From contig CAWDTQ010000010.1 in assembly GCA_963805315.1 (NCBI GenBank), positions 154,937 to 218,936 of the forward strand: a stretch of DNA of 64,000 nucleotides, written 5' to 3'. The first letter of the stretch is position 1, and each line of letters begins with the position of its first letter. Below, piece by piece: positions 11,687 through 25,414 of this stretch. A program made the position numbers and the translations under genes. The notes beneath the pieces were generated by a model. That model saw nothing but the letters and a program-made list of their open reading frames with translations. It was not told where the DNA came from and searched no databases. The stretch comes from an uncultured delta proteobacterium (GTDB lineage: Bacteria > Desulfobacterota > Binatia > Binatales > Binataceae).

Positions 11687-11928
11687 ATCACGCCGCGTTG
11701 ACCAGGCGCGCCAAATCAATCCGGCTGAGCAAAGCATCGCGGGCGCGCTGTCAATCCCTAGCCTCTAGTGGCACATCCGATGCTTTGTGATCCACAATGT
11801 CGGGTAGCTTCACGGTCATGCTGGAGGGCCGCAGGGGCGGCAGTGGACTTACTGAAAACGGCGGCGGTTTTCTCGGAACGGATGCGGCCGCGATGTCGAT
11901 CGATAATTTCTCGGTTTGAGGAGGGACA

Positions 11929-12711
11929 ATGGAATATCAGGAACTGATCGGCAGTCGGCGTTCAATTCGCTTCTTCGATCCCAAGCGACCGGTCGAGCAA
12001 GAGAAGATTCAAAAAATCCTCGAGGCTTGCCTCATCGCCTCGTGCGCGGTCAACGCGCATTGGCTCCGCGCGATCGTCGTAAAGCGCGACGATATACCGA
12101 AGGAAGCACTCGAAAAACTGAAGACTCCGGTGCAGGCAACGGTCATCCAGCTCGCGCCGGTGCACATTTACTTTTACGCCGACCTCGGCGTCGTCAACCG
12201 CGTCAAGGGCACGCGTCTGCGACAATTGCTCGACGTGAACATCATGTCGTCGTCGCACGGCTGGAGCGCCAAGTTCGTCGACGAGGTGGTCTATCCGCAA
12301 ATCCTCAAGCCCATGACCGAGTCGCCGTACTATCCCGTGATGGCGGCCTTCGATTGTGGCGTCGCGGCATGCCAGGGCCTGCTGATGGCATTCGAGCAGG
12401 GTCTTGGCGCATGCCTGACGGCGTTCACCGCACCGGTTATCGGCGAGATCACCAAGCCGCCGGCGGAGTGGTTCCCGCTCTATCAACTGAACGTCGGCTA
12501 TTCGCTCGAGTCGCGCGAAGCCGGCGGACAGCGGCCGCGGCCCGCATTCGCAGAGCAATACTTTCTTGGCAAATACGGAAATCCGTTCCCGCGCGATCCC
12601 AAAGTCGTTGAAGAACTCAAGAAGTCCAGGTTACTGCAAGCACCTGCTCCGCTCCCGGGCCGCAAGGAGGAACTCCGTCGCCTCGCGCGGGAACTGAATT
12701 TGCCGGAGTGA
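11929..12711 (+). CDS. Nitroreductase family protein
   Basis: SRRSIRFFD N-terminus and DCGVAACQGLLMAFEQGLGAC; strong RBS. Confidence 0.85.
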   Translation: MEYQELIGSRRSIRFFDPKRPVEQEKIQKILEACLIASCAVNAHWLRAIVVKRDDIPKEALEKLKTPVQATVIQLAPVHIYFYADLGVVNRVKGTRLRQLLDVNIMSSSHGWSAKFVDEVVYPQILKPMTESPYYPVMAAFDCGVAACQGLLMAFEQGLGACLTAFTAPVIGEITKPPAEWFPLYQLNVGYSLESREAGGQRPRPAFAEQYFLGKYGNPFPRDPKVVEELKKSRLLQAPAPLPGRKEELRRLARELNLPE

Positions 12712-12731
12712 TCGTGATAAGAAGTCCAGAG

Positions 12732-13587
12732 ATGCGACAGCCAGTAACAATCTGGAGCGAAGGAACCCGGCTCTCGGCTGACCTGTGGATGCCGGACGGC
12801 CTGGCAGATGGCGCCAAGGTTCCTGCGATTCTGTTGTGTCACGGATGGGGTGGACTGAAAGAGCATCTCACTCAGACCTATGCGCCGTGGTTCTCGAAAG
12901 CCGGCTTTGCCGCTTTGACCTTCGACTACCGCGGATGGGGCGATAGCGAAGCCAGACTGGTTCCGGTCGGCGATGTACCCAAACCGGCGGCGGATGGCGA
13001 GGTCACGATTCGCGCGCGCGCTGTGCGCCAGGTAGTGGACCCTTACGATCAGATTCGCGACATCGCGAACTGTCTCGACTACCTGCAAGGCGTCGGGCAG
13101 ATCGATGCGGACCGGATCGGTTTGTGGGGTTCGAGCTACGGCGGCGGACACGTCGCGTACATGGCCGCACACGACCCGCGCGATAAAGGCGATTGTCGCG
13201 CAGGTCGGTGCGCAGCAGCCGTTTTCAGGGACGCTCGCTCATGCGCGTGCACGTGCGGTGGCGGAAGCGCGCGGCGAGATCGGTCCGATCCCGCCAGCCG
13301 AAGACGCCGTTGCGGGCCTGACCGGTATACCGCATCTCGCCAGGATGGCGTATTACAGCCCGCTCGCGACGGCGGCCGAGATTCGAGTGCCGACGCTGGT
13401 AATCGACGCGGAGCACGAGGAGCTATTCGATCGCATGCAGAACGGTCGCGCACTCTATGAGATCGTCGCGAAGAACGCACCGGCGCGCTACGTGACCTTT
13501 CCGTGCAAGCACTACGCGATCTACGACCAGTACTATCGCGACGCGTCCAGCCTTGCCCGCGACTGGTTCATCACGCACCTGGCTTGA
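12732..13587 (+). CDS. Alpha/beta hydrolase (frameshift near 13180)
   Basis: CHGWGG, FDYRGWGDS and nucleophile motif GSSYGGG; the C-terminus with the putative catalytic His lies in ORF 13105..13587. Confidence 0.85.
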
Positions 13588-14112
13588 TCAGTCGTCGGCG
13601 AGATGTTCGTCATAGCCGGCGCGAGCGAGCGCGTGCCGGAGCGCTTCATAGACCTTGGGCGTATCGAGATGAGGCTTCACCGGGACTTGCGGCGTCGCCT
13701 TGAGCGAAGCGAGCAATTGCGCAGCCGCGGCGCCGGCCAACTCTTCGCAAACGTCGTACACTCCGCCGTCGCATTCTTCGAGCGGATTGTGCCGCGCCAA
13801 AACCACGCGGATCGCGCTGACGATACGTGGCCGCGGCGCAGGTATCATCAGCGCCGCAAGAACGCCGTGGTCGAGCCGGAGCCGCGCCGCCTCGGGAAGC
13901 GGCGTTCCGCGCGCCCGCTCCGCCGCCGGCAACAAGACTTTTTCCTCCATCGAGATGTGTCGCAGCAATGCGCGGCGGAACTCATCGTATGCCGCCAGTT
14001 CTTCGCCGCTGCGGCACGACCCGGCCCGCTCCAGAAGGGAGCCGAGCAGTGCATGATCGTGCGCGAGGAACTGCCAAATCGCCCCATGAGGTATCGCACC
14101 GGCCTTATCCAT
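13588..14112 (-). CDS. Hemerythrin-domain protein
   Basis: DH...HISMEE...DH...HNPLEE metal-ligand pattern. Confidence 0.85.
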   Translation of the reverse strand: MDKAGAIPHGAIWQFLAHDHALLGSLLERAGSCRSGEELAAYDEFRRALLRHISMEEKVLLPAAERARGTPLPEAARLRLDHGVLAALMIPAPRPRIVSAIRVVLARHNPLEECDGGVYDVCEELAGAAAAQLLASLKATPQVPVKPHLDTPKVYEALRHALARAGYDEHLADD

Positions 14113-14181
14113 TGTTCACCGCCCCTGACTCGAAGATCACTCCGTCGGCGAGCACAGCGCTGAATGTTTGCGATGGCGAGC

Positions 14182-15366
14182 TCATGAACGAATCAGCTTC
14201 GGTCCGAAAAAGATCAGCCAGACTGCCGACCCCAGGATCCACATCGCGGATGCCCATCCGAGGTGGACGAAGTACGTGTTGCTCGCATCGGCGGCAAGCC
14301 TCGCGAGTAGCGCAATCATGAATGCTGCGCCGAGTATGATAACCGCCGGCGGCCTCCCGAGCGCAAGTTGCTCCATGTTGAGATGACCCAGCGCGACGTG
14401 GGTGGCTACTCCGAAAGCCATCAGGCTGAAGCCGCCGATGAAGAGAATGTGCAGGGCCGGTACGCGATAGTCAGGCCAGAGTGCCGATACGATCAAGCCC
14501 ACCGGCATTAACCAGGTCGCCATCCAGACGAGCTTGCGATGCACACCTGGCTTGCCGGGCGGGCGCCATGCTCCGCCGCCCAGCCCCAGGCCGATCGCGA
14601 CGACAATCGCGCGCAGCATCGGGCCGATCCGTTCAAAGCCGACCTGCTCCATCACCAGGCTTGCGAAGATCGCGGCCCCGGCGACGCCATATGCGATCGC
14701 CTTCCACCGTTCGCGCGGCGAGGAACCGAGATCGGGAGGAGGAGATGCGCCGCTCATCAGCGGCAGAACCAGGCCGCCGATACCGATCGCGAGGCAGAGG
14801 AACACGCCCTGCTCGACCATCAGCCGACCCAAGCGGCCCGTCCATGGGGCTGCGTTGTCGGAACTCAGCCGCGGCGATCAAGACTGCACCCGCGAAACCC
14901 TGGATCGCCGCGATAGGCACCAGCACAAAGGCGGCGGGCGGGCGGCGGCCCGCAGCGCGGCCAATGAAGCGACGAATCGCAAACTGCCCGAGCAACACAA
15001 ATAGCGCGGCGTAGGCGATCTCGCTGATCACCCAGCTCTCCCCAATTGCCCCAACCGTGGTGACGACCAGCGCCGCGGCCAACGCCCACATCTCGATCGG
15101 GGTCAACCGGCGGCGTTTGCGTGCGGCGCGGCAACGCGGTGAGGAGGAAGCCGATGGCGAACGCCATCATGAATGCCTGCATCTGCACCAACCCGTGAAA
15201 CTTGCACGAATAAGTCGACGTGACGCCCATCGCGTAGGTCAGCCAATGGCCCACGCCAATCCAGGCGAGAAAGAACGCCGAGGGGAAAGAAGATTCGGAA
15301 CGGCTCGCTACGCCAACGTGAGACGCCCGGGCTTGCCGGGTACAGCTCGTGCTCAGTGTTCGCCAT
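14182..15366 (-). CDS. nnrS: NnrS family membrane protein (frameshifted)
   Basis: EPFRIFFPLG, HGLVQMQAF..GFLLTALP and ALHILFIGGFSLMAFGVATHVALGH motifs; 4 ORF pieces. Confidence 0.8.
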
Positions 15367-15611
15367 GTGCGTCACACATGGTCAGTTCCGATTCAGAGAT
15401 TCAAGTCCGACATTACGGGACCAATCTGCTCCCTTACCCAGCCCAATCGTGCTGGAAAACTGCGACCGACCGAGCCCGGTTCCTGTTGCGGTGTAGCAAC
15501 TGGCAGTTGCATTACTGTACATATTGTAACATCGCCTAAACGAAAAGTATGAATAATACGCATCAATTACGGTGGCATAAATGATGCTGGGTAACGCAAG
15601 AGCGCGAAGTA

Positions 15612-18600
15612 GTGCGTTCAGCCAGCGTGAAGCACAGGAGCCTGACAGCAGCGACAGTCCTGCTCGGGGTGGCGATGGCCATTTCGGTGTGGGGCGATCC
15701 GACCACGCTTAATATATCGGACGCCAGCGTTACAGTTACCGGCAACTCGTCGACCACGCTTAATTTTCCGATCTCGCGCGGCGGCGATACCAGCTACGAC
15801 GCCTTCGTTCAGTACCAGACTCAGGACGGCACCGCTGTCGCCGGGACCGACTACACGGCGGCCACGGGCTCGCTTCTGATTCCGGCCGGCACGACCAGCG
15901 CGACGATTCCGGTGACAGTAGCCGGCAGCATCATCAGTCAACCCGACAAAACCTTCCAGATGCTTCTGCTCGGTGGCGGGGGCGCGGCAAGAACCTTCAC
16001 GCCCAGCTTTGCCACGCAACAAACCTTCGACACGGGCGGCGCCCCGGACTGGGTGACGGCGGCGGACCTCAACGGCGACGGCTTGCCCGATCTGATCGTC
16101 GCGAATTTCAACAGCAATACGGTGTCGGTGCTGCTCAACACCACCGCCCCGGGCGCCGCCACCCCCAGCTTCGCCACCCAGAAAACTTTCGCCACGGGCA
16201 GAGGCCCCGCCTTCGTGACGGTAGCCGACGTCAACGGCGACGGTAAGCCCGACCTGATAGTGGCAAATCGTCAACGGCAATACGGTCTCGGTGCTGCTCA
16301 ACACCACCGCCCCGGGCGCGACCACGCCCAGCTTCGCCGCCCAGAAAACTTTTGCCGTCGGCGGCGGGCCGCTCTCGGTGGCGGCGGCCGACGTCAACGG
16401 CGACGGCAAGCCCGACCTGATAGTCGCGAATGGGAACGACAACACGGTCTCGGTGCTGCTCAACACCACCGCCCCGGGCGCAGCCACGCCCAGCTTCGCG
16501 GCCCAGCAGACCTTCGCCGTCGGCAACGGCCCGGTCTCGGTGGCGGCGGCCGACGTCAATGGCGACGGCAAGTCCGACCTGATCGTGGCGAATGGAAACG
16601 ACAACACGGTCTCGGTGCTGCTCAACACCACCGCCCCGGGCGCAACCACTCCCAGCTTCGCCACCCAGCAGACATTCGCCGTCGGCATCTTCCCGCAGTC
16701 GGTGACGGCGGCCGACGTCAACGGCGACGGCAAGCCCGACCTGATCGTCGCGAATGAGGGCGGCAACACCGTCTCGGTGTTGCTCAACACGACCGCCCCG
16801 GGCGCCGACCACTGCCGAGCTTCGCTGCCCAGCAGACCTTCGCTACGGGCACCGAGCCCGATCGCGGTGACGGCGGCCGACGTCAATGGCGACGGCAAGC
16901 CTGACCTTATAGTGGCGAATTTCAACGACGACACCGCATCGGTGCTGCTCAACACCACTGCTCCGGGCGCCGCGACCCCCAGCTTCGCCGGCCAGCAGAC
17001 CTTCGCTACGGGCACCGAGCCGGTCTCGGTGATAGCGACCTCCGTCAACGGCGACGGCAAGCCCGACCTGGTCGTCGCAAATGTGGGCGACGACACGGTC
17101 TCGGTGCTGCTCAACACCACTGCGACGCCGGCGACGACGTTTGACGCCAACAGCTTCGCGACCCAGCAGTCCTTTGCCGTCGGCAACAACCCGCGCTCGG
17201 AGACGACGACCGACGTCAACGGCGACGGCCAATCGGACCTGATCGTGACGAACGAGAACGACAACACGGTCTCGGTGCTGCTCAACACCACCGCTCCAGG
17301 CGCCGCCACGCCCAGCTTCGCCACCCAGCAGACCTTCGCCACGGGCAACGAACCGCACTCGGTGACCACCGCCGATATCAACGGCGACGGCAAGCCCGAC
17401 TTGATCGTGGCGAATTATGGCGACGACACGGTCTCGGTGCTGCTCAACACTACCGCCCCCGGCGCGACCACGCTCACCTTCGCCACCCAGCAGACTTTCG
17501 GCGTGGGCAGCGGGCCGTACTCGGTGACGACGGCCGACGTTAACGGCGACGGCTTGCCCGACCTGATTGTGGCGAACTACAACGACAACACGGTCTCGGT
17601 GCTGCTCAACACCACCGCCCCGGGCGCCGCCACGCCCAGCTTCGCCACCCAGCAGACATTCGCAACAGGCATCGAACCGGCCTCGGTTACGGCTGCCGAC
17701 GTAAACGGCGACGGCAAGCCTGATCTGATCGTCGCGAACTTCAACAGCAACACGGTGTCGGTGCTGCTCAACACCACCGCCCCGGGGGCAGCCACGCCCA
17801 GCTTCACCACTCAGCAGACCTTCGCTACAGGCGTCGAACCGGTTTCAGTGACGGCGGCCGACCTAAACGGCGACGGCAGGCCCGACCTGATCGTGGCGAA
17901 TGAGAGCGACCACACGGTTTCGGTGCTACTCAACACCACGGCCCCCGGAGCCGCCACCCCCAGCTTCGCTACTCAGCAGACCTTCGACACAGGTATCGGA
18001 CCGGCCTCGGTGACGACTGCGGACATCGACTGCGACGGCAGGCTCGACCTGATCGTGGCAAATATGAACGACAGCACCGTCTCGGTGCTGCTCAACACGA
18101 CAACGCCGGGTGCCGCCGTCGCCAGCTTCGCTCCCCAGCAGGCCTTCGCGACGGGCGGCGGACCGGTCGCGGCGGCGGCGGTCGACGTCAATGGCGACGG
18201 CAAGCCCGATCTGATCGTGGCGAATTCGGCCAACACGGTCTCGGTGTTGCTCAACGCGCTGTATGCGACCACTCTGTCCGGCAGCCCAGCAACCGGGACA
18301 ATTCACTATAGCGCGCCGACGGGGACGCCGACGCAGACCGCTACCGCAACCGCGACACCCACAGCGACTGCGACGGCTACCGCCACCGCGACGGACACAT
18401 CGACGGCCACATCAACGGCGACCGCAACTGCGACTGCGACGGACACAGCCACATCAACAGCGACTGCTACCGACACTCCGACCGCAACTGCAACGGCGAC
18501 CGAGACGGCCACGTCAACAGCGACTGCAACCGCGACGGCCACGTCGACTCCGACTGCAACTGCCACCGCGACCGAGACGGCCACGTCAACAGCGACTGCA

Positions 18601-19059
18601 ACCGCGACGGCCACCGCGACTCCGACCGCAACCGCCACGGCGACCGACACAGCCACCTCAACAGCGACTGCAACTGCTACCGCGACTCCGACTGCCACGT
18701 CGACTGCCACGGCAACCGCAACGGCCACTTCGACCGCAACCGCAACTGCGACACCGACTGCAACTTCCACAGCGACGCTGACCGCAACGCCGACTGCGAC
18801 CGCCACTGCCACAGCAACGGCCACATCAACCGCGACTGCTACCGTGACTCCGACTGTAACTGCCACGGCGACGCCGACGGCAACCCAGACCTCGACGCCA
18901 ACGGCGACACCTACGCCGAGTGCGCCTACTTCAAAAGCTCAGTGCCAGAATGGTGGATGGAAGCAGTGGGAAGGCCCACCGCTCAATTTCGGGAATCAGG
19001 GCAACTGCATCAGCTATGTGAATTCGCACCCGGCTCCGACGGGCGCGTCTAAAAAGTAA
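15612..19059 (+). CDS. Large secreted surface protein: signal peptide, Calx-beta, 14 FG-GAP repeats, Thr/Ala stalk, C-terminal Cys-Trp mini-domain (frameshifts near 16270 and 16810-16860)
   Basis: YQTQDGTAVAGTDY (Calx-beta), DVNGDGKPDLIVAN repeats, TATATP region and PTSKAQCQNGGW..FGNQGNCISYVN. Confidence 0.88.
16005..18255 (+). repeat. 14 x 162-bp (54 aa) FG-GAP coding repeats
   Basis: First codon of each D-x-N-G-D motif at 16065, 16227, 16390, 16552, 16714, 16879, 17041, 17212, 17374, 17536, 17698, 17860, 18022, 18184. Confidence 0.92.
18313..18930 (+). repeat. Low-complexity (Thr-Ala)n/Pro stalk-encoding region
   Basis: About 200 codons of ACN-GCN repeats. Confidence 0.9.
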
Positions 19060-19060
19060 A

Positions 19061-19074
19061 ACGGCTTCGGCCGT
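19061..19074. terminator. Hairpin ACGGC-TTCG-GCCGT directly after the surface-protein stop
   Basis: C(UUCG)G tetraloop. The A-tract precedes the hairpin, so a U-tail exists only on the minus strand. Confidence 0.4.
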
Positions 19075-19508
19075 ACAGTCCGAGCAGGCCGTCGCTATGC
19101 TGGTCGCCGGCGAGTGCGGCCGCCGCTCATGTGGGTGGCTTCCTGCCTCGGAGCTTCTTGGTCACGAGTTACGGCCAACCGATTGTGTTTCAGATCGCGT
19201 CACGGGTCTCCCTTCATCGCATCAATTCGATAACAATTCTCGCGGCCGCTGAAATTCCGGTTCAGATGTGAATTTCTGGCAGGACAAGAGTCAATCGGAT
19301 TCGCGTTTCGTCCTGATGAACTAAAAACGCTTCGCTTATCGCGCCACTTTCGTGCCACCGGTGCCATTCCATTGTCGGCATTCCGCCGCTCGATTGAGTT
19401 GCCGTGGGCCCAATCTATCCACCTCGCGCGGCATGGATCTTGTGATCTCCCATTCAGAGGCCGCTGCTACGGCGGCGAAGCGAAAAGGCGCACCCCGTAA
19501 GCGAAGAC

Positions 19509-20999
19509 ATGCGTCCGAAAGGGAACCTCATAGACAGGTTACTTTGGCTCGGCTTTGCCGTGGCCATCGTTGCTGCGGTGGCAATCGGCTGGAGTGCCGA
19601 CAAAGACGCGAACGAGTCGTACGCATGGAACGTCTGGATAACTCACACGCAGAATGTTCTCGGTGTTTTGGACGACGCTCAAGGAAATACACTCTCCACG
19701 CTCGCGGCGATTCGAACTTACTACCAGAACGGCGATCTGACGAGCCTGGACAGCGTTATTAGCCTTGTCTCCAAACTCGAGCGCCAGTCTGCGGTACTCC
19801 GATCGCTGACCGTGGATAACGCGTCCCAGCAGAATCGAGTCGATCAATTGGATCGTACTGCGCAACGAATGACCGCGCTCTCTCAGAACCTCATTCATTC
19901 GGCTCCGGCCTATAGCCAGCAACAGTCCACTAAAACGACGGTGGCCGCCGAGCTGAATACCGACGTTGACCAACTGCTCGAGCAATTGCGCCAAATGAAC
20001 GCGGCGGAAGGGCGGCTGCTTGCGGAACGCACTGCAAGGGCTCGCGTGACTTCGCGGGACAGCATGACTGTCCTGGGATTCGGCGGCAGCTTCATCATCG
20101 TGTGGCTGCTGATAATCGGCGGCTACGCAGTCGTGACCAGGAAGCGGCTGACGGACGCGGCCAAAGCTCTCGCCGTCAGCCAGGCGGAATTGACTCGCGT
20201 CACCGAGCGCAAGCAAGCCGAGGAAAAAGTCCGGGCGCTTAACGAGTCGGAGCGGCGACATGTGGCGCAACTCGAAGTCGTCAACAAGGAACTGGAAGCG
20301 TTCTCGTACTCGGTGTCGCACGATCTGCGCGCGCCGCTGCGCAGTATCGACGGCTTCAGCCTGGCGCTGATTGAGGATTACGCCGACAAGCTCGACGAGC
20401 AGGGGAATAGCCACCTAAGACGCATCCGGGCCGCCACTCAGCGGATGGCTCAACTGATCGACGACTTGCTGAAGCTGGCGCGCGTGACGCGCAGCGAGAT
20501 GCGCCTTGAAGCGGTGGACCTGAGCGCATTGGCGAACGCAGTCCTGGCCGAGTGCCACAAGAGCGAGCCGAAGCGCCAGGTCGAGTGCGTGGTGCAGGAG
20601 CATGTCGCGGCACACGGAGATCCACGGTTGCTTCATCTGGTTTTTGAAAATCTGCTTGGCAACGCGTGGAAGTTCACCAGCAAGACACCGCACGCAAAGA
20701 TTGAGTTCGCAACGGCGGATCAAGACGGACAGCCGGTCTATTTCGTGCGCGACAACGGGGCCGGCTTCGACATGGCGTATTGCGAAAAGCTCTTCGGCGC
20801 CTTCCAGCGGCTTCATGCCGCGACCGATTTTCCCGGAATTGGGGTCGGACTCGCAACCGTTCAGCGGATCATTCACCGTCATCGCGGGCGAGTCTCGGCT
20901 GAGGGAGCAGAGGGTAAGGGAGCTACGTTTTCGTTTACGCTTGCAGCTAACCAAGGAGACAAGGATGAAAGAACGGGCGATCCTGCTAGTGGAAGATAA
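19509..20999 (+). CDS. CHASE3 sensor histidine kinase
   Basis: TM-CHASE3-TM ([14 protein letters not shown]); H-box [14 protein letters not shown]; NAWKF, DNGAGF and G-box motifs. Confidence 0.92.
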   Translation: MRPKGNLIDRLLWLGFAVAIVAAVAIGWSADKDANESYAWNVWITHTQNVLGVLDDAQGNTLSTLAAIRTYYQNGDLTSLDSVISLVSKLERQSAVLRSLTVDNASQQNRVDQLDRTAQRMTALSQNLIHSAPAYSQQQSTKTTVAAELNTDVDQLLEQLRQMNAAEGRLLAERTARARVTSRDSMTVLGFGGSFIIVWLLIIGGYAVVTRKRLTDAAKALAVSQAELTRVTERKQAEEKVRALNESERRHVAQLEVVNKELEAFSYSVSHDLRAPLRSIDGFSLALIEDYADKLDEQGNSHLRRIRAATQRMAQLIDDLLKLARVTRSEMRLEAVDLSALANAVLAECHKSEPKRQVECVVQEHVAAHGDPRLLHLVFENLLGNAWKFTSKTPHAKIEFATADQDGQPVYFVRDNGAGFDMAYCEKLFGAFQRLHAATDFPGIGVGLATVQRIIHRHRGRVSAEGAEGKGATFSFTLAANQGDKDERTGDPASGR

Positions 21000-21416
21000 C
21001 CCTGACGACGAAGCGCTGACGCTGCGCGCGCTCAAGAAGAACAATATCACCAACAAAATCGTGGTCGCGCGCGACGGGGCCGAGGCGCTCGACTACCTCT
21101 TCGGTACCGGACCGTTTGCAGGCCGCGACACCAGCGTGCAGCCGGAACTGGTTCTGCTGGACCTGATGCTCCCCAAAGTGGACGGTTTCGAGGTGCTGAA
21201 GAGGCTGCGGGCCGACCAGCGGACGAGATTCCTCGCCGTGGTTATTCTGACTTCCTCCAAGGAGCAGCAGGACATCGTAAACGGCTACGGGCTGGGCGCC
21301 AATAGCTACGTGCGCAAACCGGTTGACTTTCAGCACTTCGTCGATGCCGTCCGGCAGCTCGGGCTGTACTGGCTGGTCCTTAATGAAGGGCCTCCTTCCG
21401 ATCTCAGGAACGGCCC

Positions 21417-21420
<4 letters not shown>
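20965..21420 (+). CDS. Single-domain response regulator (Rcp1-like)
   Basis: [21 protein letters not shown] and GANSYVRKP motifs; ATG at 20965. Confidence 0.92.
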
Positions 21421-23813
<2,393 letters not shown>

Positions 23814-23997
23814 TAGATGTCCGCATAGACTCGCAAGCGCCTCGAATCCTTACTTCCGCCATGCCCGCCAACTTGTCATAGTCCCTTGCTGTGTAGACTT
23901 GCCCCTCGACCGACACCTCTTCTGTGTTGGCTTAGGAGCCTTGGTCAATTGGCACGTCCGTTCGGCGGTTCGAACTTCGCCAGGTATCGGTACGTGA

Positions 23998-24261
23998 ATG
24001 AGACCGGGATCCAAAATAGAGAGCGAACGAGATTTCTTTGAATTCGACCGCAGCACCCTCATAGGTCAACTGAACGCTCTTCGGCTCACGGTCCGCAATG
24101 CCATGACCGAGATCGCGTTGGTCGCGGCCGAGAACGTGTTCGATCCGCCCCTGTCGGCCAAACTCAAACGGAAGGCGCGCGCCCTGGAGCGCGTGGCCCA
24201 ACGGTTGGATGACTTGGGCAAGGTGCTGGCCCGCGCGAGATTTCCCCGTGTGAGAAAATAG
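23998..24261 (+). CDS. Small helical hypothetical protein, paralogue A
   Basis: 87 aa; aligns end-to-end with the 25415..25714 product. Confidence 0.65.
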   Translation: MRPGSKIESERDFFEFDRSTLIGQLNALRLTVRNAMTEIALVAAENVFDPPLSAKLKRKARALERVAQRLDDLGKVLARARFPRVRK

Positions 24262-24278
24262 CGGGCCGCCCAAGCAAC

Positions 24279-25297
24279 CTAACCCACAGTTCGAGATTTG
24301 CCACTGGTCTGATTGATCGCCCGCCACGCCGAAACACTGCGCCCGAAGCGTCTCTTGTACCAGCGCGAAAAGGCGCTCAAGTCGGAGAATCCGAGCATCT
24401 CGGCGACGACGCCCAGGGGGCGCTCGCGGCTGTCGATGTAGCGATTAGCCACTCGGTTCGGACCGCGTCCACGATTGCGGTGAAACTCGTTCCTTCGTCC
24501 GCGAGGCGTCGATGCACCGTCTTGCGATCGACACCGAGGTGTTCCGCGATCCGTTCCATCCGGCAATCTCCCGAGGAGAGCATCAGGTTGACGAGCTCCC
24601 GCACGTTCTCGGCGAAGGTCGCGTTCGTGCGCGCGATCGAATCAACGTATTGCTTCACGTAACGCGCCATGGCCGGATCGGCCGCCGCGATAGGAGAGTC
24701 GAGATCGCTCGAGCGGCAGACTATTCCGTTGAAATCGCGGTTGAACTCGGAACTTCCGCCGAACACTCGCCGGTGAACATCGCAATTGCGTGGAGGGCTG
24801 TGCGCAAAGCAGACTCGCGGCCTCCACCCGTCTCCGAGAAATAAACGCATCGTTCGATAAACTACACCGACCGTCATCTCGACAACTTGACGCGTGGGCG
24901 CAGGCGTTTCGACAAACAGCACCAGGCTTATGACCGCGTTGCCGTCGCGCTCTTCAATTCGCAGTGACACGGAGTCGGTATGCACCTTTCTATTTTGAAT
25001 CCAGGCTTCGAGCCCCTGGCGAACGGTGGGTTGATCGCGAACGAGTAACCCCAGCGGGCCGAGATTTGCGAGCTTGCGTTTCTCTGCCAGCCGCAAGCCG
25101 AAGTCGTCTATCCCCGCTGCTGCTGCCGACACTTCCAAAAGCTCGCGCACCGCAGCCTCCGGAACTTTGAAGTCCGGGTTCTGCAAACAACGCCGGGACA
25201 GGCCGACGCCGGCAAGCATCCGCGTTGGATCGAGACCCACTGAACGAGCGACTTCGAGATAGTCGGTCAGGCTGGCGCTACGGACCAGCTTCGGCAT
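24279..25297 (-). CDS. AraC family regulator (OruR/VqsM-like; frameshift near 24450)
   Basis: DDFGLRLA..LGPLG N-domain, IAEHLGVDRKTVHRRL, and second HTH LGFSDLSAFSRWYKRRFG in ORF 24279..24566. Confidence 0.88.
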
Positions 25298-25316
25298 TCT
25301 CAATTCTTACGGCCAG

Positions 25317-25352
25317 TGTCCCCATAAGTCAAAAAAATGTCCCCCACTGTCA
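25317..25352 (+). promoter_or_regulatory. Tandem direct repeat TGTCCCC-N4-GTCA x2 (21-bp period), putative AraC binding site
   Basis: TGTCCCCATAAGTCA-AAAAAA-TGTCCCCCACTGTCA in the divergent promoter between araC and paralogue B. Confidence 0.65.
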
Positions 25353-25414
25353 GACGCCGGACCGCGCACTCGGATAGCTTCGAGTCAAGCGTATTCGTTA
25401 AAGGGGGGCCGCTT

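Noticed and set aside
16005-18255. Regular repeats with variable segments as a CRISPR array or DGR
   Set aside because: The period is 162 bp, in-frame and protein-coding; no cas or reverse transcriptase gene is present.
19300-19330. Hammerhead-like words CTGATGA and GTTTCGTC
   Set aside because: The core elements lie on opposite strands, and there is no stem II/GAAA after CTGATGA.
23851-23871. CTCGAATCCTTACTTCCGCCA resembling a tRNA 3' end
   Set aside because: Opposite orientation to tRNA-Ser, wrong spacing and no integrase; likely chance.
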